DNA of 25,073 bases, taken from the IMG/VR virus record IMGVR_UViG_2850784384_000008; one strand, written 5' to 3'. This DNA is from a virus. Lineage: Duplodnaviria; Heunggongvirae; Uroviricota; Caudoviricetes. Shown here piece after piece: positions 1 to 11,379 of this stretch. How positions within the stretch are numbered: position 1 is the first letter of the stretch; each line of letters opens with the position of its first letter. A program made the translations under genes and the position numbers. The notes under the pieces were generated by a model. The model was not told the origin of the DNA and did not search any database. It saw only the letters and a list, made by a program, of their open reading frames with translations.

Positions 1-939
1 TTATTTGATTTCAATTTTGTCCCACTCCCTGCCTCTGTCATCACGATACTGTGATGCCATGGTGTCCGACTTGTGCCCGAGAAGATGTTGAGCAAACTTA
101 TCGCTTATCTGCTTCTCATAGAGTCTTGCAGACAAACTGCGCAACTCGTGAAAGGTAGGTGGATCCCCTTCGAAGGAAAGACCTGATGCTTTTCGTGCGC
201 GCATAAAATACCTTGATACTGTGCCGGATGAAAGCGGTTCACGACGAGTAGATGCAATTATGGTTTCTCCGCCAAGAATCTCTTTGCATTTATCAAGTGT
301 TTCCTTCATTGATATCCCGAGAGCATCAACATGCAATGTTGTAGGGATGGCAATTTTTACGCCTGTTTTGCTTTGCTCGACATAAAGATATCCATCTACG
401 ATATCAGACCACTTCATTTCGCATAAATCACCAACTCGTTGCCCGGTAACAACAGCCAGTTCCATTGCAAGTCTGAGCCAACATGGTGATGATTCTGCTG
501 CTTGATAAATTTTCAGGTATTCGTCAGCCGTAAGTCTTGATCTCCTTACCTCTGATTTTGCTGCGCGAGTGGCAGCGACCGGGTTTGTTGTTATATGGCC
601 TTCAGCTATTGCCTCTCGGAATGCATCGCTCAGTGTTGATCTGATTAACTTGGCTGATGCCGCCTTGCCCTCGTCTATGTATCCATTGAGCATTGCCGCA
701 ATTTCTTTTGTGGTGATGTCTTCAAGTGGAGCATCAGGCAGCCCCCTCCTTATTGCTTTAATTTTGCTCATGTAATTTATGAGTGTCTTCTGCTTGATTC
801 CTCTGCTGGCGAGGATTTTTTCGTAGCGATCAAGCCATGAATGTAACGTAACAGAATTATCACTGTTGATTCTCGCTGTCAGAGGCTTGTGTTTGTGTCC
901 TGAAAATAACTCAATGTTGGCCTGTATAGCTTCAGTGAT
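1..939 (-). pseudogene. int: lambda-type tyrosine integrase, 5'-truncated (first ~44 codons missing) by IS600-like insertion
   Basis: Minus-strand ORF ends ...YRDDRGREWDKIEIK with stop at 1-3; in-frame translation continues upstream of the first Met (771) to 939 (…ITEAIQANIELFSGHKHKPLTARINSDNSVTLHSWLDRYEKILASRGIKQKTLINY) and stops at the IS end at 940. Near-identical to phage lambda Int from memory. Confidence 0.9.
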
Positions 940-982
940 TGAGGTGTACTGGCAATAGCGGACACTACCATTTGTTCTTTTT

Positions 983-1774
983 TTAAGCAGTCATCTGATG
1001 ATATTTTTCCCTGAAGGCTGCCGGGGAGATATTCCCCAGACGAGAGTGACGACGCTGACGATTGTAGAAAATCTCAATGTATTCCCGTATTACTGAGATG
1101 GCTTCATCCCGGTTATTAAAACGATAGTGGCTCAGGCTCTCATTTTTCAGCGTTCCCCAGAAGCTTTCCATCGGAGCGTTGTCGTAACAGTTACCTTTAC
1201 GCGACATTGATGTTTTCAGACCAGACTGCTCCTGTATGACCCGGTAATCGTATGCGCAGTACTGTGAACCTCGATCAGAGTGGTGGATTAGCCCGGCAGG
1301 TGGGCGCTGGCTCCTGAGCGCCATAAACAGGGCTTTACCTGTCAGCTCTTTTGTCATGCGCTCTCCCATGGCGTAGCCGACAATTTCGCACGTATAAACA
1401 TCTTTGATGCCAGCAACATACGTCAGGTCCGCCACCCAGACCTGATTTGGTGCTGTAGGAGCGAACGTCTGGTTCAGCAGATTTGGCGCAACTGGCAGAT
1501 TGTGGTTCGGGTTCGTAGTCGCTCTGAACTTGCGTTTCTGCTTACAGCGTAGCCTTAGCTCCTTACGAAGACATGCCAGTCGGTCACGACCAACGATGAT
1601 GCCATTCTCTGCCAGCTCCGTCTGGAGCCGCCGGGTTCCATATGTTTCGCGAGTGCGGATATGTGCCACCTTAATCTCCAGTTTTAGCCGCTCATCACTT
1701 TGTTTTCTGTCTGAGGGTTCATGCTGTACCCAGTTGTAATAACCGCTCCTGGATACACCAAATACCTGACACAT
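983..1774 (-). CDS. IS3-family transposase OrfB (DDE integrase domain), carrying a 9-aa in-frame deletion relative to the other two copies
   Basis: 263 aa versus 272 aa in copies B and C; lacks TQEGWLYLA immediately after the ...[10 protein letters not shown] motif; deletion junction near 1414/1415. Confidence 0.75.
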   Translation of the reverse strand: MCQVFGVSRSGYYNWVQHEPSDRKQSDERLKLEIKVAHIRTRETYGTRRLQTELAENGIIVGRDRLACLRKELRLRCKQKRKFRATTNPNHNLPVAPNLLNQTFAPTAPNQVWVADLTYVAGIKDVYTCEIVGYAMGERMTKELTGKALFMALRSQRPPAGLIHHSDRGSQYCAYDYRVIQEQSGLKTSMSRKGNCYDNAPMESFWGTLKNESLSHYRFNNRDEAISVIREYIEIFYNRQRRHSRLGNISPAAFREKYHQMTA

Positions 1775-1809
1775 CGCTTCAATGGGAAATTGTTGTCGCC
1801 ATTGTTCGA

Positions 1810-2112
1810 TTAACGCGTATTTTTCAGCGACTCCTGTGCAAAATACGCTGTTGCTTTTTTTAATATATCTCGCTCAAGGCGAGCTTCATTTAACGCCTTA
1901 CGCAGTTGCAGAATTTCAGATTCCAGTTCAGCCACCGTGCGGAAACCAGGAGTACCGAGCCCTTTTCTGGCGGCGGTAACCCATTGTCCTAAAGTGCCTT
2001 CAGGAAGAGATAATCGGGAAGCGCCTTCACTGATCGAAAGTTGATTTTCAAGAACCGTTCTGACAGCTTCGGCTTTGAACTCTTTAGAGTAACGTTGGGT
2101 TTTTCTGCTCAT
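1810..2112 (-). CDS. IS3-family transposase OrfA (HTH, leucine-zipper region)
   Basis: 100-aa ORF MSRKTQRYSKEFKAEAVRTVLENQ..., followed by an A7G run typical of -1 frameshift sites in IS3-family elements. Confidence 0.8.
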   Translation of the reverse strand: MSRKTQRYSKEFKAEAVRTVLENQLSISEGASRLSLPEGTLGQWVTAARKGLGTPGFRTVAELESEILQLRKALNEARLERDILKKATAYFAQESLKNTR

Positions 2113-2176
2113 TATTAGCTCCTTCTGATGCCATTCTATTTCAGGAAGGAGTGTCCGTTAAACTCAGGCTACCTCA

Positions 2177-2305
2177 CAGGTCAGTCCATCACAGTGGGCT
2201 GCGATTGGTGTGCTGGGAAGTCTGCTTCTGGGGCTTCTGACTTATCTGACGAATCTGTATTTCAAAATAAGAGAAGATAAGCGTAAGGCTGCGAGAGGTG
2301 AATAA
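2177..2305 (+). pseudogene. holin 3' fragment (last 42 codons; EssD / S21-like class), 5' end replaced by IS600-like copy A
   Basis: In-frame translation from the IS boundary reads [42 protein letters not shown], stop TAA at 2303-2305 overlapping the lysozyme ATG (TAATG); matches DLP12-type holin C-terminus from memory. Confidence 0.7.
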
Positions 2306-2598
2306 TGTCGCCATCATTACGCAAGGCTGTTGCAGTTGCTATTGGTGGCGGGGCTGTTGCTATAGCATCTGTGTTAATCACTGGCCCAGGTGGTAACGAT
2401 GGTCTGGAAGGTGTCAGCTACATACCATACAAAGATATCATTGGTGTATGGACTGTATGTCACGGACACACCGGAAAAGACATCATGCCTGGTAAAACGT
2501 ATACCGAAGCAGAATGCAAAGCTCTCCTGAATAAAGACCTTGTCACTGTCGCCAGACAAATTAACCCGTACATCAAAGTCGATATACCGGAAACAACG
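2305..2598 (+). pseudogene. phage lysozyme (SAR-endolysin, RrrD / P21 R-like), truncated after codon 98 by IS66-family insertion
   Basis: [28 protein letters not shown]...[13 protein letters not shown] then the reading frame runs into the IS66-type end GTAAGCG at 2599; N-terminal hydrophobic SAR-like segment. Confidence 0.85.
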
Positions 2599-2680
2599 GT
2601 AAGCGCCCCATCAGCGACGTCTTGTGAAAATTGTCCTGTCTGGCAACAATCGCGCCCATCTATATTGATGGACACGAACG

Positions 2681-3355
2681 ATGAATTCCCAGACAACAAA
2701 AGATATTCCCTGCTTCCGTTCTTATTTGCCTGATGCCCTGCGTTTAAGATTTGAAGATAAACTGACCATCCGGGCCATCGCTCAGCGTCTGGGTCTCAGT
2801 CATTCCACAATACATACGCTTTTTCAGCGATTTCTTGCATCCGGTATCGCATGGCCATTGCCCGATTCAGTTTCATTCGCTCAACTTGACGCCATCCTTT
2901 ATGCCAACAGAAAGAAGGAATTAACAGAGCCTCAAATCAGAGAAGGCTCATGGCGAAAAGAACGGCGAACCAGCTATAGCCGTGAATTTAAGGTCCGTCT
3001 GGCTAAGCAGGCATTACAGCCTGGGGCTGTTGTTGCCCGGATCGCCAGAGAACACGATATCAATAATAACCTGCTGTTTAAATGGAAAAGCCAGTACGAG
3101 GACGGCTTACTGAGCGATGATGACATACAGGAATGCATGCCTGTCCCGGTGGCACTGACTGATACGCCGGAGCCGACCAGACCAGTTACAAATCCCTTCT
3201 GGCGTAACAAGCATGATGAGCGCCCTGAGGGGGCTCCCGGAAACGTCCCACGGTGCGAGCTGCATCTTAAATCAGGTGTGGTAAAACTGTTTGACCCTCT
3301 CACTCCGGAACTGTTACGGGCGCTAATCCGCGAAATGAAAGGGGGTATCCGATGA
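2681..3355 (+). CDS. IS66-family TnpA-like protein (HTH) with an N-terminal extension of about 85 aa
   Basis: C-terminal part ...[45 protein letters not shown] resembles IS66 orf1; the N-terminal part ([24 protein letters not shown]...) I could not place. Confidence 0.55.
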   Translation: MNSQTTKDIPCFRSYLPDALRLRFEDKLTIRAIAQRLGLSHSTIHTLFQRFLASGIAWPLPDSVSFAQLDAILYANRKKELTEPQIREGSWRKERRTSYSREFKVRLAKQALQPGAVVARIAREHDINNNLLFKWKSQYEDGLLSDDDIQECMPVPVALTDTPEPTRPVTNPFWRNKHDERPEGAPGNVPRCELHLKSGVVKLFDPLTPELLRALIREMKGGIR

Positions 3356-3702
3356 TAACGCTGCCGACCGGTACCAAAATCTGGATCATCGCTGGCATCA
3401 CAGATATGCGTTGTGGCTTCAATGGCCTGGCTTCGAAGGTGCAGAACACGCTGAAAGATGACCCGTTCTCCGGGCATATCTTCGTCTTCCGGGGCCGCAG
3501 TGGCAAAATGGTGAAAATACTGTGGGCCGATCGTGACGGGTTATGCCTGTTCACCAAACGTCTGGCCGGTGACCCGGGAAGGGAAAGTGCACCTGACGCC
3601 AGCTCAGTTATCCATGCTACTGGAGGGGATCGCGTGGCAACATCCCAAACGGACAGAACGGCCTGGCATCCGGATATAACCCGTGATAAAACAAGGGAAT
3701 GA
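3352..3702 (+). pseudogene. IS66-family TnpB (orf2), frameshifted near its 3' end
   Basis: [72 protein letters not shown] then the conserved continuation (…GKVHLTPAQLSMLLEGIAWQHPKRTERPGIRI) is found in the -1 frame from about 3575. Confidence 0.65.
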
Positions 3703-4365
3703 ACAATGAACTCCCCGATGATATTGAGCTGCTTAAAGCCATGTTGCGTAAGCAACAGAGTCGGCTTCGACAGTATGCCTGTCAGGTCGCGGGCTATGAG
3801 CAGGAAATTGAACGGCTGAAAGCGCAACTCGACAGGTTGCGTCGTATGTTGTTCGGCCAGAGTTCAGAGAAAAAGCGTCATAAGCTTGAAAATCAGATCC
3901 GACAGGCAGAAATCTTCTGGAAGATGCATCGTCAGTCACAGATTCACCTGACACCAGTCCCCCGTCAGAAAACCCGATCGCCAGTAAGCCTGAATCCCCG
4001 GGACGAAAATCTTCACGAAAACCGCTGCCGGCAGAACTTCCCCGGGAGACACATCGCCTTCTGCCTGCTGAAACCAGTTGCCCGGCCTGTGGAGGTGTTC
4101 TGAAAGAAATGGGGGAAACAATCTCAGAGCAACTGGATATCATTAATACCGCCTTTAAAGTTATCGAAACCATACGTCCCAAACTGGCCTGTAGCCGGTG
4201 TGATGTCATCGTTCAGGCACCACTTCCTCCTAAACCGATCGAACGCGGTTATGCCAGTGCAGGGTTACTTGCACGGATCCTGGTCAGCAAATATATGGAA
4301 CATATCCCTTTATATCGCCAGTCAGAAATATACGCGCGACAGGGCGTGGAGCTGAGCCGTAATAC
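3699..4365 (+). pseudogene. IS66-family transposase TnpC, 5' portion (frameshifted between 4103 and 4109), interrupted at 4365 by IS600-like copy B
   Basis: Coiled-coil N-terminus (LPDDIELLKAMLRKQQ...LKAQLDRLRRMLFGQSSEKK) then ...GETISEQLDIINTAFKVIETIRPKLACSRCDVIVQAPLPPKPIERGYASAGLLARILVSKYMEHIPLYRQSEIYARQGVELSRNT in a different frame. Confidence 0.65.
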
Positions 4366-4429
4366 TGAGGTAGCCTGAGTTTAACGGACACTCCTTCCTG
4401 AAATAGAATGGCATCAGAAGGAGCTAATA

Positions 4430-4732
4430 ATGAGCAGAAAAACCCAACGTTACTCTAAAGAGTTCAAAGCCGAAGCTGTCAGAACGGTTCTTGAAAATCA
4501 ACTTTCGATCAGTGAAGGCGCTTCCCGATTATCCCTTCCTGAAGGCACTTTAGGACAATGGGTTACCGCCGCCAGAAAAGGGCTCGGTACTCCTGGTTCC
4601 CGCACGCTGGCTGAACTGGAATCTGAAATTCTGCAACTGCGTAAGGCGTTAAATGAAGCTCGCCTTGAGCGAGATATATTAAAAAAAGCAACAGCGTATT
4701 TTGCACAGGAGTCGCTGAAAAATACGCGTTAA
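4430..4732 (+). CDS. IS3-family transposase OrfA
   Basis: 100-aa ORF with good RBS (AAGGAG 8 nt upstream); ends just after an A7G run at 4681-4688. Confidence 0.85.
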   Translation: MSRKTQRYSKEFKAEAVRTVLENQLSISEGASRLSLPEGTLGQWVTAARKGLGTPGSRTLAELESEILQLRKALNEARLERDILKKATAYFAQESLKNTR

Positions 4733-4767
4733 TCGAACAATGGCGACAACAATTTCCCATTGAAGCG

Positions 4768-5586
4768 ATGTGTCAGGTATTTGGTGTATCCAGGAGCGGT
4801 TATTACAACTGGGTACAGCATGAACCCTCAGACAGAAAACAAAGTGATGAGCGGCTAAAACTGGAGATTAAGGTGGCACATATCCGCACTCGCGAAACAT
4901 ATGGAACCCGGCGGCTCCAGACGGAGCTGGCAGAGAATGGCATCATCGTTGGTCGTGACCGACTGGCACGTCTTCATAAGGAGCTAAGGCTACGCTGTAA
5001 GCAGAAACGCAAGTTCAGAGCGACTACGAACCCGAACCACAATCTGCCAGTTGCGCCAAATCTGCTGAACCAGACGTTCGCTCCTACAGCACCAAATCAG
5101 GTCTGGGTGGCGGACCTGACGTATGTTGCCACACAGGAGGGATGGTTGTACCTCGCTGGCATCAAAGATGTTTATACGTGCGAAATTGTCGGCTACGCCA
5201 TGGGAGAGCGCATGACAAAAGAGCTGACAGGTAAAGCCCTGTTTATGGCGCTCAGGAGCCAGCGCCCACCTGCCGGGCTAATCCACCACTCTGATCGAGG
5301 TTCACAGTACTGCGCATACGATTACCGGGTCATACAGGAGCAGTCTGGTCTGAAAACATCAATGTCGCGTAAAGGTAACTGTTACGACAACGCTCCGATG
5401 GAAAGCTTCTGGGGAACGCTGAAAAATGAGAGCCTGAGCCACTATCGTTTTAATAACCGGGATGAAGCCATCTCAGTAATACGGGAATACATTGAGATTT
5501 TCTACAATCGTCAGCGTCGTCACTCTCGTCTGGGGAATATCTCCCCGGCAGCCTTCAGGGAAAAATATCATCAGATGACTGCTTAA
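4768..5586 (+). CDS. IS3-family transposase OrfB (DDE domain), presumably made as OrfAB by -1 frameshifting
   Basis: 272-aa ORF with DDE-type motifs (…WVADLTYV…, …HSDRGSQY…, …[10 protein letters not shown]…). Confidence 0.85.
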   Translation: MCQVFGVSRSGYYNWVQHEPSDRKQSDERLKLEIKVAHIRTRETYGTRRLQTELAENGIIVGRDRLARLHKELRLRCKQKRKFRATTNPNHNLPVAPNLLNQTFAPTAPNQVWVADLTYVATQEGWLYLAGIKDVYTCEIVGYAMGERMTKELTGKALFMALRSQRPPAGLIHHSDRGSQYCAYDYRVIQEQSGLKTSMSRKGNCYDNAPMESFWGTLKNESLSHYRFNNRDEAISVIREYIEIFYNRQRRHSRLGNISPAAFREKYHQMTA

Positions 5587-5629
5587 AAAAAGAACAAATG
5601 GTAGTGTCCGCTATTGCCAGTACACCTCA

Positions 5630-6033
5630 TACCATGGTGCGCTGGGTATCAGAAATGGCAGACAAACTCCGTCCTCTGTATATAGCGCTGAATGACTATG
5701 TTCTGGAGGCAGGAAAGGTGCACGCAGATGACACTCCGGTGAAAGTACTGGCCCCGGGGAACGGAAAGACGAAAACGGGTCGTCTGTGGGTATACGTCAG
5801 GGATGATCGTAATGCGGGTTCATCCCTGCCGGCAGCCGTCTGGTTCGCGTATTCGGCAGATCGCAAAGGAGAACATCCGCAGCTCCACCTGGCAAAGTAT
5901 CAGGGCGTACTGCAGGCTGATGCCTATGCAGGTTATAACGTACTGTACGAAACGGGCCGGGTGAAGGAAGCCGGGTGCCTGGCCCACGCCCGCCGAAAAA
6001 TCCATGACAAGGATGTGCGCCGTCCGACAGAAA
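5630..6033 (+). pseudogene. IS66-family transposase TnpC, middle portion, ended by IS911 copy 1
   Basis: …[73 protein letters not shown]… typical of the IS66 transposase core; reading frame runs into the IS911 terminal repeat at 6034. Confidence 0.7.
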
Positions 6034-6105
6034 TGAAGTGGCACACTGAATTTGGCCACCTGAACAGAGGTGATATGCTCACCTCAGAACAACACAGGTG
6101 CTCCA

Positions 6106-7274
<1,169 letters not shown>

Positions 7275-7282
7275 CCACTTCA

Positions 7283-7528
7283 AAAGCTGAAAATGATGCT
7301 CTTCGGCGCAAGCTTGATAATGGTGGTCGGGTGCTCGTCAAAGGAAAATGCCCTGTGCCATCCTCAGCCGAAACCTCCAGCGCCTCCGGCATGGGCAATG
7401 ATGCCACCGTCGAACTCTCTCCAGTTGCTGGACGAAACGTTCTCGGTATCCGGGACGGAATCATCAGCGACCAGACAGCATTGAGAATGCTTCAGGAGTA
7501 CATCAGGATCCAATGCCTTGGGGGGTAG
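7283..7528 (+). pseudogene. Rz (i-spanin) 3' fragment, 5' part missing at the IS911 junction
   Basis: Frame reads KAENDALRRKLDNGGRVLVKGKCPVPSSAE… directly from the IS boundary; resembles the lambda Rz C-terminal half from memory. Confidence 0.7.
7293..7484 (+). CDS. Rz1-like outer-membrane lipoprotein (o-spanin), embedded in the +1 frame of Rz
   Basis: 63 aa MMLFGASLIMVVGCSSKENALCHPQPKPPAPPAWAMMPP…: signal peptide with lipobox VVGC and proline-rich stretch, fully nested within the Rz frame as in lambda Rz/Rz1. Confidence 0.7.
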   Translation: MMLFGASLIMVVGCSSKENALCHPQPKPPAPPAWAMMPPSNSLQLLDETFSVSGTESSATRQH

Positions 7529-7616
7529 CGGTAATTTTACTCATTATCCTTCAAATCAGATTCTGTTGTCAGAGGAATGGGGGAAGCTGGATTCGCAAGA
7601 GCTTTTTATGGGCAGT

Positions 7617-8126
7617 TTAGCTAAAAAAAGGCAACACGAAGCTAAAACTACCAACATAAAGTGCTGACCAGCTAGCAGCTGAAATCAGACTCACTGTATA
7701 CACTTTCACTGGATGAAGTTGCAACATTCCTGCCACCAAAGGAGCAATGTAACGCAGCACGGCGATAAAGCGCGAAGTGAAAAGTATTGACACAGAGTTA
7801 TTTTGCAACTGAAGGCGAACCCGTTCTATTGTATTGGAACGGCTCGATATTATACATGCAAGTTGAGGGATATGCCCAATTATTATACCAAGATGGTAAT
7901 TAACGATAGTACCGCACCATGCGCCACTCATGACCGTGATTCCAGCTTCCCATGGTGAAAGAGTCGTCTTGCTGACTGTAATTACAGTGGCCATCATAAT
8001 TGATGCTGGTGGCAATATCGCCGAAATGAGTAAAGTGGATTTTGTGAACGCTATTATAAAAAGAAGCCCCCATAGGCGATATGGATGAAGTACAAAATAG
8101 TTCATCAAAGCATTTATCCACTCCAT
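7617..8126 (-). CDS. DedA/YqaA-family (COG1238-like) small inner-membrane protein; candidate prophage moron
   Basis: 169 aa, four hydrophobic segments, motif …SILFTSRFIAVLRYIAPLVAGMLQL… resembling the DedA/YqaA signature; RBS AGGAAAG 7 nt upstream of ATG at 8126 (TTG alternative at 8129); opposite strand to the flanking phage genes. Confidence 0.55.
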   Translation of the reverse strand: MEWINALMNYFVLHPYRLWGLLFIIAFTKSTLLISAILPPASIMMATVITVSKTTLSPWEAGITVMSGAWCGTIVNYHLGIIIGHIPQLACIISSRSNTIERVRLQLQNNSVSILFTSRFIAVLRYIAPLVAGMLQLHPVKVYTVSLISAASWSALYVGSFSFVLPFFS

Positions 8127-8323
8127 CAATGTCTTTCCTTCTGTGAATTTTTCTTTGCTATTTAACCGTGATACGACTTAATTTAGGCTTAAACACCTTA
8201 CATTTACAAGGTACTCCTGTGGGGGGCCCTGCCACGGAGCGTCGCAGGAGTGAGTGATGAGGAAGAATTAAAGCAACCTATTGTGACAGGCAGCGATAAC
8301 AGTAAATCACAGGAAGCATAATC

Positions 8324-9019
8324 ATGGCAAAACCGGACTGGGAGGCCATCGAATCGGCATACCGGGCCGGAGTCCTTAGCCTCCGTGATATAGGCGAGAA
8401 ATACGGCGTTACAGAAGGGGCTATCAGGAAGAGGGCCAAAAAGCTTGATTGGGCACGCAGTGGCGGTACGCAGGTTTGCAAAAATGGTACGCAAAAAAGG
8501 AAAGTGCGTACCAGCAGAAAGCCTGCCATTACTGGCCTTACACAAAAAAGTACGCAACTAAAAACAGAATCTACACCGGATACGAAACCGATACGCGGAA
8601 TGCGTACCGATCCCCCGACTAACCCATTCCAACCCGGTAACCAGCAGGCATTAAAACACGGTGGTTATGCCCGTCGCCTTCTGCTCAAAGATGAGGTGAT
8701 AGAGGACGCTAAAGCGTTGACGCTCGAGGACGAATTATTTCGCCTTCGTGCTAACAACCTTGTCGCTGCAGAGAATATTGGTCGGTGGTTGGTGTCGCTG
8801 GAAGATGCTAATGGGGACCAGGAAAGGAAGATGCTGATTGAAAATATCAGCGCCGCCGAGAAAGCAATGATGCGCAATACAGTTCGTATTGAGTCCATCG
8901 TTGGCACGCTTGCGACGGTAGGAAAAATATTTGCTGATACAGCCTACCGCAAGGCCGCCACTGATAAGGTGTCTCTGGAGGCTGATCGTCTTCGCCGTGA
9001 TGCAGGTATTGATGATTGA
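8324..9019 (+). CDS. terminase small subunit, 3'-truncated by IS911 copy 2 (stop codon supplied by the IS end)
   Basis: N-terminal HTH (LSLRDIGEKYGVTEGAIRKRAKKLDW), NPFQPGNQQALKHGGY motif; RBS AGGAAG upstream; lies directly upstream of terL; the displaced last 23 codons are found at 10269-10340. Confidence 0.65.
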   Translation: MAKPDWEAIESAYRAGVLSLRDIGEKYGVTEGAIRKRAKKLDWARSGGTQVCKNGTQKRKVRTSRKPAITGLTQKSTQLKTESTPDTKPIRGMRTDPPTNPFQPGNQQALKHGGYARRLLLKDEVIEDAKALTLEDELFRLRANNLVAAENIGRWLVSLEDANGDQERKMLIENISAAEKAMMRNTVRIESIVGTLATVGKIFADTAYRKAATDKVSLEADRLRRDAGIDD

Positions 9020-9024
9020 AGTGG

Positions 9025-10193
<1,169 letters not shown>

Positions 10194-11049
10194 TGGAGCA
10201 CCTGTGTTGTTCTGAGGTGAGCATATCACCTCTGTTCAGGTGGCCAAATTCAGTGTGCCACTTCAGATGGCAATGGAGAGCGTGACCTCAATGACTTCTA
10301 CTCTGACATCCAAACCGACGCTGAATCCGGCTTTACGTAGTTTCTGGACTATGCGGGCACGTAACAAAGTGCTTTATGGTGGTCGGTCATCGTCAAAATC
10401 ATGGGATGCCGCTGGCATTGCCATATTTCTGTCGAATAAATACACCCTGCGTTTTTGTTGTGCCCGTCAGATCCAGAATAAAATCGAAGAGTCGGTGTAT
10501 ACCCTGCTCAAAATTCAGATAGACAGGTTTGGTCTGCGGCACCGTTTCCGTATTCTGAACAACAAAATCATTAACCGGGTTACTGGCTCGGAATTTGTTT
10601 TTTATGGATTATGGCGCAACATCGAAGAAATTAAGTCACTGGAGGGGATCGATATGTTGTGGCTGGAAGAAGCCCACGCACTGACGGAATACCAGTGGAA
10701 AATTCTGGAGCCAACGATCCGTAAAGAGGGTTCGGAATGCTGGTTCATATTCAACCCCGGACTTGTTACTGATTTCGTCTGGCGCAACTTCGTTGTTGAT
10801 CCGCCCGAAGGCACTCTCATCCGCAAAATTAACTATGACGAAAATCCGTTTCTGTCTGACACCATGCTTAAGGTTATCGACGCGGCGCGACGCCGTGATC
10901 CGGATGGTTTTAAACATGTGTATGAGGGCGTTCCGGAGTCTGATGATGATGCGGCAATTAGACTGGCCCCCTGAATCTCCAGACAACCAGTATCACTTAA
11001 ATAAGTGATAGTCTTAATACTAGTTTTTAGACTAGTCATTGGAGAACAG

Positions 11050-11379
11050 ATGATTGATGTCTTAGGGCCGGAGAAACGCAGACGGCGTACCACACAGGAA
11101 AAGATCGCAATTGTTCAGCAGAGCTTTGAACCGGGGATGACGGTCTCCCTCGTTGCCCGGCAACATGGTGTAGCAGCCAGCCAGTTATTTCTCTGGCGTA
11201 AGCAATACCAGGAAGGAAGTCTTACTGCTGTGGCCGCCGGAGAACAGGTTGTTCCTGCCTCTGAACTTGCTGCCGCCATGAAGCAGATTAAAGAACTCCA
11301 GCGCCTGCTCGGCAAGAAAACGATGGAAAATGAACTCCTCAAAGAAGCCGTTGAATATGGACGGGCAAAAAGTGGATAG
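11050..11379 (+). CDS. insC: IS2 InsC (OrfA), C-terminus altered: A-run at frameshift site is A5 not A6
   Basis: [56 protein letters not shown]… ends …EYGRAKSG* ; canonical IS2 as I recall it reads …[18 protein letters not shown]. Confidence 0.8.

Larger units (their letters stand above)
940..2176 (-). mobile_element. IS600-like insertion sequence (IS3 family), copy A, 1237 bp with internal 27-bp deletion; no matching flanking duplication (GAT left, CAG right)
   Basis: Terminal inverted repeats TGAGGTGTACTGGCAATAGCGGACAC... at 940 and ...GTGTCCGTTAAACTCAGGCTACCTCA ending 2176; contains orfA/orfB pair identical in organisation to copies at 4366-5629 and 18033-19296. Confidence 0.85.
4366..5629 (+). 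mobile_element. IS600-like insertion sequence (IS3 family), copy B, 1264 bp, flanked by 3-bp direct repeat TAC
   Basis: Ends TGAGGTAGCCTGAGTTTAACGGACAC... and ...GTGTCCGCTATTGCCAGTACACCTCA; TAC at 4363-4365 and 5630-5632; inserted inside IS66 tnpC. Confidence 0.9.
2599..6033 (+). mobile_element. IS66-family element remnant (left end intact, right end missing), internally interrupted by IS600-like copy B and cut off by IS911
   Basis: Starts with GTAAGCG terminal motif at 2599; three-ORF IS66 layout (tnpA-like, tnpB, tnpC) recognisable; no matching right inverted repeat found anywhere in the window. Confidence 0.7.

Noticed and set aside
7283-7528. Segment after IS911 copy 1 as the missing 3' end of IS66 tnpC
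   Set aside because: The reading frame from the junction matches an Rz C-terminus with an embedded proline-rich lipoprotein (Rz1) far better than an IS66 transposase C-terminus, and no IS66-type right inverted repeat (…CGCTTAC) is present.
8250-8321. 23-codon ORF (GTG start) immediately upstream of terS
   Set aside because: No convincing RBS, very short, and overlaps the GC-rich inverted repeat; more likely a non-coding leader.
10240-10266. ATG at 10240 (MAKFSVPL…) as the native terL start
   Set aside because: These codons lie inside the IS911 terminal inverted repeat; the same MAKFSVPL peptide appears in the mirrored ORF at the other IS911 copy (5820-6059), so it is an IS-derived artefact and the native start is downstream (10267-10291).
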